In this document: positions 1-5,370 of the stretch, one piece after another
Numbering within the stretch: position 1 is the first letter of the stretch
How the letters are laid out: each line of letters starts with the position of its first letter
Assembly: GCA_964468425.1 (NCBI GenBank)
Contig: CAYXSZ010000057.1
Span: 1 to 6,143, forward strand
Reading direction: 5' to 3'
Origin: Candidatus Woesearchaeota archaeon
GTDB taxonomy: Archaea > Nanobdellota > Nanobdellia > Nanobdellales > Nanobdellaceae
Length of the DNA stretch: 6,143 nucleotides
Position numbers and translations under genes: made by a program
The notes under the pieces: model-generated
What the model was told of the DNA's origin: nothing
What the model saw: only the letters and a program-made list of their open reading frames with translations
Database searches by the model: none

Positions 1-236
1 CCGCTTCCTTCGTTGAAGTTTAGATCCAATACTAATCCATTCCTATCATCATACCATACTACGTTGGATATCTCCAATAATCCAACGTTAGTTATTGCTC
101 CCATTTGTCTCTCTGCGGTTTGCATTTGAGCTCTAAAGAGATTTTGGATGAAAATATAGGTTGCAGAAGAGATCGCAACAGCTATAACGACTAAAATGAT
201 GAGAGCAACGACTGGAGAAACTGCTCTACTCATCAT
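1..236 (-). CDS. Archaeal type IV pilin-like protein (class III signal peptide, Pilin_N/DUF1628-like), N-terminal 78 codons; the C-terminus lies beyond the left window edge
   Basis: Not in the supplied ORF track because the window edge truncates it. Manual reverse-complement translation from ATG at 236 (second ATG at 233) gives MMSRAVSPVVALIILVVIAVAISSATYIFIQNLFRAQMQTAERQMGAITNVGLLEISNVVWYDDRNGLVLDLNFNEGS..., open to position 1. A short basic N-terminus (SR), then A|VSP, then a ~20-residue hydrophobic helix is the classic substrate pattern of archaeal prepilin peptidases (PibD/FlaK/EppA type). RAVSPV(I/V) is the consensus start of Pfam Pilin_N (PF07790) as I recall it. Confidence 0.6.
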   Translation of the reverse strand, partial: MMSRAVSPVVALIILVVIAVAISSATYIFIQNLFRAQMQTAERQMGAITNVGLLEISNVVWYDDRNGLVLDLNFNEGS

Positions 237-275
237 TTAATACAGTTTAGATAAAGTAATTAATAAGAGTTTCGA
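237..275 (-). promoter_or_regulatory. Possible TATA-like promoter element for the pilin-like gene (leaderless geometry)
   Basis: A 39-bp spacer separates the GH130-1 stop (276-278) from the pilin ATG (236). The minus strand reads TCGAAACTCTTATTAATTACTTTATCTAAACTGTATTAA-ATGATG. TTATTAATTA (267->258) is centred ~26-27 nt upstream of the ATG. There is no oligo-T terminator after GH130-1, so read-through co-transcription is equally possible. Confidence 0.25.
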
Positions 276-1229
276 TCACGAAATATATTTCAAAAGTTCT
301 CCAACAAGCTCCGTGAACTCTATCGTCGCAACTCCGATGTATTTATCAGCTGCTCCATAATAAACGAAGAGTTCATCATCTATAAGCACGCATCCATCAG
401 AAAACACGACGTTGCTAGTTTCTCCCTTTACCTCGTACCACTCCTGTGGTCCTAGGATGGGATAAGGTAGTCTAGAAAGAACTACGCAAGGGTTCTGTTT
501 GTCTAAAAGCATTGCCCCGAGCTTATAAACGTTGTCCGGACCCACTCCATGATAAATCACCACCCATCCTTCCGTAGTCTTAATAGGAGGAGCTCCAATC
601 CCAATTCGAACGGAATCCCAACTATCTTTTCGTATTTGTATGTAATCCCAACCTCTAATCCAATCCTGAAAGTATAGATCTTTTTTAAAGTCTATCCAAA
701 TGTTTGGAAAGAACCTATGGAAGAACACAAACTTTCCTTTGACTTTTTCTGGAAGCAAAGCAGCGTCTTTGTCCCAGACTCCTGGGGGGGAGATTAATCG
801 AGGATAACTCCAGTTCTCGAACCTCCTTTCCAAAAAATCTTTTATACTAATTTCGCTCAAGGCGACCCTAACGGTTAAATCGCGAGTCGCGACACACACA
901 GCTGTGTAGAGCATTACTAGCTTGTTATCTATGATAGTTACTCTAGGGTCTTCGCATCCAGAATTAAGGGTAGAGTTCTCAAGACGTTTTTCAAATGGAG
1001 CTCTTGGAACATATACTGGATTTTTAAGCCTTTCAGTAATTGAAAACCCATCTTCGCTTACAGCTAGACCAATAACCGAAACATTGTTGTGAGACATAGC
1101 TCTGTATAGCAGATATACATTTCCATCAAGCAAAACAGCAGCTGGATTGAACACAGCCTTCGACTCCCACGGATTGTTAAGATCAGGTTTCAAGATGGGG
1201 TTTCCTTCGTATCTCTTCAGCTTGATCAT
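276..1229 (-). CDS. GH130 / DUF377 family glycosidase (beta-mannoside phosphorylase family, 'PH1107-related'), paralogue 1, last gene of the operon
   Basis: 317-aa ORF with the family blocks as I recall them (Pfam PF04041, five-bladed beta-propeller): RYEGNPILKP...WESKAVFNPAAV at the N-terminus, EDPR at aa 93-96 (contains the family catalytic Asp), FFHRFFP (aa 169-175), GWVVIYHGVG (aa 221-230), and YYGAAD near the C-terminus. Clearly co-linear with paralogue 3 (PRAPFE, IKDFL, FFHRxFPxIW, WDS, YH). Its ATG at 1229-1227 overlaps the TGA of the upstream gene (ATGA). Confidence 0.85.
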   Translation of the reverse strand: MIKLKRYEGNPILKPDLNNPWESKAVFNPAAVLLDGNVYLLYRAMSHNNVSVIGLAVSEDGFSITERLKNPVYVPRAPFEKRLENSTLNSGCEDPRVTIIDNKLVMLYTAVCVATRDLTVRVALSEISIKDFLERRFENWSYPRLISPPGVWDKDAALLPEKVKGKFVFFHRFFPNIWIDFKKDLYFQDWIRGWDYIQIRKDSWDSVRIGIGAPPIKTTEGWVVIYHGVGPDNVYKLGAMLLDKQNPCVVLSRLPYPILGPQEWYEVKGETSNVVFSDGCVLIDDELFVYYGAADKYIGVATIEFTELVGELLKYIS

Positions 1230-2206
1230 TGCAAGTACCTTAACAAGTCATCAATTTCGATATATGCCTTGCAAATACATCTGTCAGCAGCCCCGTAGTA
1301 CACTTCTACTACATCCCCTTCTAAAACAGCTCCAGAGGGAAAAGCGATGCCTTCTATGGGGGAGTTGAACAGCCTTTCGTACTCCACCTCTGGAAAGAGC
1401 AAGGGCTTTTTAGTAAAACCGATCACCTCGGAAGGGTCTTCCTTGTCCAGGAGCATAGCAGATATTCTAAAGCTCCTGAACTCTCCATTTTCATAAACTA
1501 TATCAGGAATAAACATCAACCAGCCTTCATCGAGCTCTATAGGAGTGGTTCCCACTTCCACGAACTCCTTTCCCTGTTTCCCCTCTAAAACAACCTCAGC
1601 CTCTTCCCTTTCAGGGTAACTTAACACATTTTTCCAAAATTCAGGATCTTTTAGGTCTGAAATCTTATCAAAGTAAACTAAAATGATTTTGGAGGGGGGA
1701 ATATCTGGATAGATAGTTAGCATCAAGGCATAACGACCGTTGAACTTCCTTGGAAAGATAACCCCTGCTTTAGAATTAATTGGGCAAATTATTCCCTCCT
1801 TGTTGTACGATTTAAAATCTTCGGTTGTAGCGAGAGCCAACTTAACATGTTTAGGATCTGGAGGGAGCTTGGACACCGCTGTGTAACAGATGAAAAATTT
1901 TCCCTTATAATTAGAAATCCGGGGGTCTTCCGTAGAGTAACACTCCCAATGATATTCAGGTCCGAAAAAAACGCGCCTATTTTCGAAGTTTACCCCATCT
2001 TCGCTTTCTGCGATGCCTATAACGGATATATTGATGTAATCGTTTATACCTCTTTGGAGTTTTGATGTAATGGCTCTGTAAAGCATTATGTATTTTCCTT
2101 CTAGCTTTACTACGCTTGGGTTTAGAACTGCTTCCGCCTCCCACCAACTTTCCGGTTTCGGAAATAACAATGGGTTTTCTATCACCCTCTTCAGCATATT
2201 TTTCAA
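1226..2206 (-). CDS. GH130 / DUF377 family protein, divergent paralogue 2 (basic residues conserved in paralogues 1 and 3 are substituted)
   Basis: 326-aa ORF as listed, but the track start at 2206 is a TTG. The ATG at 2197 gives MLKRVIENPLLFP..., which aligns residue-for-residue with the N-terminus of paralogue 1 (MIKLKRYEGNPILKP). An AGGA lies 5 nt upstream of the TTG, so either start is possible. Family blocks present: NPLLFP...WWEAEAVLNPSVV, EDPR (aa 93-96), FPRKFNGRY, EGW, YYGAAD. A TAA in this frame immediately precedes the TTG, so the gene cannot start further upstream. Confidence 0.8.
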   Translation of the reverse strand: MKNMLKRVIENPLLFPKPESWWEAEAVLNPSVVKLEGKYIMLYRAITSKLQRGINDYINISVIGIAESEDGVNFENRRVFFGPEYHWECYSTEDPRISNYKGKFFICYTAVSKLPPDPKHVKLALATTEDFKSYNKEGIICPINSKAGVIFPRKFNGRYALMLTIYPDIPPSKIILVYFDKISDLKDPEFWKNVLSYPEREEAEVVLEGKQGKEFVEVGTTPIELDEGWLMFIPDIVYENGEFRSFRISAMLLDKEDPSEVIGFTKKPLLFPEVEYERLFNSPIEGIAFPSGAVLEGDVVEVYYGAADRCICKAYIEIDDLLRYLQ

Positions 2207-3257
2207 TTATTTCCTTCAAAATATTTAAGTCAAACTCGGCGAGACAGACGAAGAAATCCGAAGCTCCATAGTAAACTAGAAGCTTGTCTTTAATTATTAC
2301 AGCACCTGTTGGATAAATAACATTTGGTTTCGCTCTAGGATAAAGTTCGTACCAAGTCTCGGGTTCGAGAGCGGGAACATCTGACCTTAGGAAGACTTTC
2401 TCAGGATTGTCCTTTTCTAGAACCATCAGACCAGCCTTGTATCTATAACCATCGTTGACCTTGAAATCCTCTGGACGAAGGTTCATAGATCTGTACCATT
2501 CATCCCAACCAGAAACTGCATGATATACAAGCAACCATCCGAATTCGGTTTCCATAGGCGTGCTCCCAGCCCCAACTTTCCTGCTATCCCACTTGTCAGG
2601 TCTAGTGAATATCACAGGTCTTCCGAATAAAAATCTACCATTGTGGAACTCGCTCAGATCATTAACATAATCAGCCCAGATGAAAGGGAAAATCCTGTGG
2701 AAAAACAGTAATTTATTATTTATACGCTTGGGGAAGAGAACTACAGACTTGTCTGGAATCTCTGGATGGGTTATAATCACGGGTTTGCTCCACTTGTCCC
2801 AGCGTTCGTTGAGGAAATCCTTGAGCCTAATCGTGCTCATCGCAGACCTAGGAGGTTCGACTCCATTGAAAGCTACGTAAGTTAAAACTAAATTATCTCC
2901 CAGCAAGCAAATTCTGGGATCTTCAACTCCGAAATAACTTTCGCCAGAAACGTACTTCCAGTTAATGCGAGACGGATCTATTTTTAAGAAAGTGTTTATT
3001 TTATTATGCGCGTCGGGATGTATCTCGAATGGAGCTCTCGGAATATAAATCGGCTCTTCCAACCGATCTAGGATCTCATAACCATCAGAAATCGCCAAAC
3101 CCAAGGTTGAAATGTTATTTCTAGAAATTTGTCTGTATATGATGAAAACCTTGTTTCTATACATAAATGCGGTGGGATTGAACGTTCCCTGAGTCTCCCA
3201 GTCAGTACTTGGCGATATTATAGGATTATATTTATATCTCTCGAACCTTATCTCCAT
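1977..3257 (-). CDS. GH130 / DUF377 family glycosidase, paralogue 3, with two internal insertions and an anomalous 72-aa basic C-terminal extension
   Basis: 426-aa ORF. Family blocks: RYKYNPIISP...WETQGTFNPTAF, PRAPFE, EDPR (aa 112-115), FFHRIFPFIW, GWLLVYHAV, YYGASD. By comparison with paralogues 1 and 2, GH130 similarity ends at ...LKEIIEKY (aa 354, nt ~2196). The reading frame nevertheless stays open to TAG at 1977-1979, running inside paralogue 2 in another frame. ATG 3257-3255 lies within the last codons of the upstream mutase gene (10-nt overlap). The gene call is secure; the true 3' end is uncertain. Confidence 0.8.
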   Translation of the reverse strand: MEIRFERYKYNPIISPSTDWETQGTFNPTAFMYRNKVFIIYRQISRNNISTLGLAISDGYEILDRLEEPIYIPRAPFEIHPDAHNKINTFLKIDPSRINWKYVSGESYFGVEDPRICLLGDNLVLTYVAFNGVEPPRSAMSTIRLKDFLNERWDKWSKPVIITHPEIPDKSVVLFPKRINNKLLFFHRIFPFIWADYVNDLSEFHNGRFLFGRPVIFTRPDKWDSRKVGAGSTPMETEFGWLLVYHAVSGWDEWYRSMNLRPEDFKVNDGYRYKAGLMVLEKDNPEKVFLRSDVPALEPETWYELYPRAKPNVIYPTGAVIIKDKLLVYYGASDFFVCLAEFDLNILKEIIEKYAEEGDRKPIVISETGKLVGGGSSSKPKRSKARRKIHNALQSHYIKTPKRYKRLHQYIRYRHRRKRRWGKLRK

Positions 3258-4534
3258 CCTACAATAGATTTAACCTTATTTAGCAAGACTTCAAACGTTT
3301 CTCCGTTTAACGCTTCGATCTTTATTCTATACATTGGCTCTGTATTAGATTCTCTAATCAAAACTCTAGAATCTTCAAACCTTAGATCGTAGCCGTCTAT
3401 AGTGATCGTCTCATCCGGATCGAATGAAGAAATGAACACCTCCAGATTCACCCTATCCTTTGGAACATCTAAGCGAGTTTGATATATTTTCGGATAATCT
3501 CGCTCAAAACCGATTTCCTCTATCAATTTAACTATTTTTAGGAAGGTGTAAAGAGCGTCATCGATGTAGTAAAATTCTCTAAACCCAAAATGCCCAGAAT
3601 ACTCACCAAAAAACTTAGCATCGTATTCTCTTGCGTATTTTTTGACATTCACGTGTCCCGTGGGAACTCGAACTACCTTAATCCCGAGATCTTCGAGTAG
3701 GTGATCTAGAACAAAAGGCAGCATAACTTCGAGAACTACGACATCTCCTCGCTTCAAGTAACTTTTAGCTACGAAATAGACGAGCTCATCAGATTTTATC
3801 CACTCTCCCCGGTATACGAATCCCAAGCGATCACAATCTCCATCAAGAGCTAACCCAAATTCGCAATTCTTAGATACAACCTCTGAAATCAACTGCTTAA
3901 GGTTTTCCTCTTTAGAAGGATCTGGAGGGTGTGCAGGAAAATGCCCGTCGGGAATAGAATTTATTTCAATGAGCTTAAATTTACTTGAAAGAAAATCCGA
4001 ATAGATAAAACCAGATCCGTTAGCGGGATCGTACACCAACGAGTGCGTATCCTTGAATTCAAATTCTGAGTCTAAAAACTCAAAGTACTCGTTTACTCTC
4101 CAAAATCTATTTTCAATCTTCGGACTTTTTGGTTTAAGGTTGTTGGGAGCTACCTCAAACAGCTCCTTAAGTTGCGAGAGCTCCTGAGGTTCGAGATCGT
4201 TTGCACCCGCTTTTATGGGCTTAATACCGTTGTATTCGGGAGGATTGTGCGAAGCTGTGATCATTAAAACATCCACATCGTCAACTACAGACATGTAGTG
4301 CGAAACTGGAGTAGATACAATCCCATAATCATAAATTTCCTTATTTAAGTACCTGCACAGAATGTTAAACATTATATCAGAAGAATATCTTATATCTCTT
4401 CCAATTCCCACTATTTCTTCAGAAAAAAACTCAGAAAAGGCGTAAGCGAGAGATTTAATGGAAGAGGGAGTCAAATCCTTGCCCCAAACACCTCTAACGT
4501 CATAAGCACCAAACATTTTACGTTTTTTGAGCAT
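3248..4534 (-). CDS. alpha-D-phosphohexomutase superfamily enzyme (phosphomannomutase/phosphoglucomutase type), first gene of the operon
   Basis: 428-aa ORF carrying all four superfamily motifs in canonical order. These are the phosphoserine loop TASHNP (aa 93-98, nt 4241-4258; verified as ACA GCT TCG CAC AAT CCT), the metal loop DGDCDR (aa 231-236, nt 3827-3844), the sugar loop GEYSGH (aa 310-315) and the phosphate loop RESNTEP (aa 394-400). There is also an N-terminal FGAYDVRG. Sequence alone cannot separate PMM, PGM and GlmM specificity; the GH130 context favours PMM. An alternative start at ATG 4516 (MFGAYDVRG...) is suggested by the position of the TATA-like element. Confidence 0.9.
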   Translation of the reverse strand: MLKKRKMFGAYDVRGVWGKDLTPSSIKSLAYAFSEFFSEEIVGIGRDIRYSSDIMFNILCRYLNKEIYDYGIVSTPVSHYMSVVDDVDVLMITASHNPPEYNGIKPIKAGANDLEPQELSQLKELFEVAPNNLKPKSPKIENRFWRVNEYFEFLDSEFEFKDTHSLVYDPANGSGFIYSDFLSSKFKLIEINSIPDGHFPAHPPDPSKEENLKQLISEVVSKNCEFGLALDGDCDRLGFVYRGEWIKSDELVYFVAKSYLKRGDVVVLEVMLPFVLDHLLEDLGIKVVRVPTGHVNVKKYAREYDAKFFGEYSGHFGFREFYYIDDALYTFLKIVKLIEEIGFERDYPKIYQTRLDVPKDRVNLEVFISSFDPDETITIDGYDLRFEDSRVLIRESNTEPMYRIKIEALNGETFEVLLNKVKSIVGWR

Positions 4535-4686
4535 GTACTTTTAAATTTGATGAATCCACTAGAGAATGGTTAAACCAACTAATAAAGACTTGAATGTTGC
4601 ATCTAAAGTCCCAAATTGGCAACAATTTCTTAATTGAAAAATCTTTAAATAAAATATTTAATAAGTTTTGTTAAAAGTTAAAAACT
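4535..4686. promoter_or_regulatory. Divergent intergenic promoter region with TATA-like elements for both flanking genes
   Basis: A 152-bp, very AT-rich gap between divergent starts. The minus-strand element AAATTTAAAA (4548->4539) is centred ~27 nt upstream of the second in-frame ATG of the mutase (4516) and only ~9 nt from the first (4534). The plus-strand element TATTTAATAA (4655-4664) is centred ~27 nt upstream of ATG 4687; an alternative TTTAAATA lies at 4644-4651. There is no GGAGG-like Shine-Dalgarno before 4687. Archaeal TATA boxes sit about 26-27 nt upstream of the transcription start. TATA-like strings are common by chance in AT-rich DNA. Confidence 0.4.
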
Positions 4687-5370
4687 ATGCAAGATTACGC
4701 AGTAGCAATTCTGGAAAGAGGAAAATGCGTGTGGGGTAGCTGTTATTTTTGTGGTTGGGGTAAAAAATACAAAGAAGTTTCTATTGAAGACTTAAAAAAG
4801 AAATTTTTGAAAGTTATTCAAAGAAAAGCTTATGGTATTAAAATCTTTAGCTCTGGAAGCTTTTTAGATGAAAAACAATTTCCACTAGAATTTGTTAAGT
4901 GGTGTATTGCGACTGCGAAGGAAAAAGGGTTTAAAGAAATAATTTTCGAGTCGAGACCTGAATTCATAACTGAAGAAAAATTAAAAGAAATAAAAACTGA
5001 CGGAATTAAGATCACGGTTGCTATTGGTCTCGAAGCCGCGAATAACGAAATTCTATTAAAATACTACAACAAAGGTTTTACCGTAGAAGACTATTTGAGA
5101 GCGGTAGATCTTCTCAGAAAACACGATTTTGGAGTCCGAACATATGTTTTGGTTAACGGTCATCCAGTATTATATAAAAATCAAGAGCTTCAGAGAAAAG
5201 TTTTGGAAAAGACTATAGATTTGACAATGCAAACTTCAGATTCGATTGTAATAATTAATGCTTACCCACACAAAGATTCTAAGCTTCTGTTGGACTGGAT
5301 GAATAAAGAATGGTTTCCACTGGACAAGCAACAATTTTACAACCTTGTTTTAAATGTTCTTAAAAAATAT
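4687..5370 (+). other. Radical-SAM (RaSEA-like) domain of the fusion protein, approx. aa 1-228
   Basis: Cys triad encoded at nt 4726-4752 (TGC at 4726-4728 checked). SSGSFLD at aa 55-61, ESRPEF at aa 88-93, GLEAAN at aa 114-119. Domain limits are estimated by eye. Confidence 0.6.

Noticed and set aside
784-790. G7 homopolymer (C7 on the coding strand, encoding SPPG in GH130-1), plus a G6 run at 1694-1699 (encoding PPS in GH130-2)
   Set aside because: Both runs are in frame and simply encode Pro-Pro. Nothing indicates slipped-strand phase variation. They are worth remembering only as indel-prone sites when checking assembly quality.
1147-1368. 73-aa plus-strand ORF from the track
   Set aside because: It lies entirely antisense to the GH130-1/GH130-2 junction, has a low-complexity sequence with no recognisable motif, and the opposite strand is strongly supported by family motifs. 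It is a shadow ORF.
1847-2065. 72-aa plus-strand ORF from the track
   Set aside because: It is antisense to GH130-2, has no motif or start context, and is a shadow ORF of a homology-supported gene.
2680-2880. 66-aa plus-strand ORF from the track
   Set aside because: It is antisense to GH130-3 with no supporting features; a shadow ORF.
3129-3392. 87-aa plus-strand ORF spanning the mutase/GH130-3 junction
   Set aside because: It is antisense to two well-supported genes and has a Ser/Leu/Ile-rich composition typical of the reverse frame of coding DNA. No promoter or motif supports it.
4568-4619. GGTTAAACC (4568-4576) and CCAAATTGG (4611-4619)
   Set aside because: These form a mirror repeat (one is the reverse of the other), not a reverse complement. 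They cannot form a hairpin or a palindromic operator, and they are not homopurine, so H-DNA is unlikely. Treated as chance.
4547-4620. Possible C/D-box sRNA in the intergenic region (TTGATGA at 4547-4553 resembles a C box)
   Set aside because: No CTGA D or D' box lies at a suitable distance on that strand (only CTTGA at 4589-4593). There is no C' box and no terminal stem, so the TGATGA is probably a chance match in AT-rich DNA.
4670-4683. Tandem heptamer GTTAAAA x2 immediately upstream of ATG 4687
   Set aside because: There are only two copies of an AT-rich 7-mer, which is expected by chance in this composition. It is too close to the ATG to be a TATA box for this gene, and no function can be supported.
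4830-5015. 61-aa minus-strand ORF from the track
   Set aside because: It is antisense to the radical-SAM half of the fusion gene; a shadow ORF.
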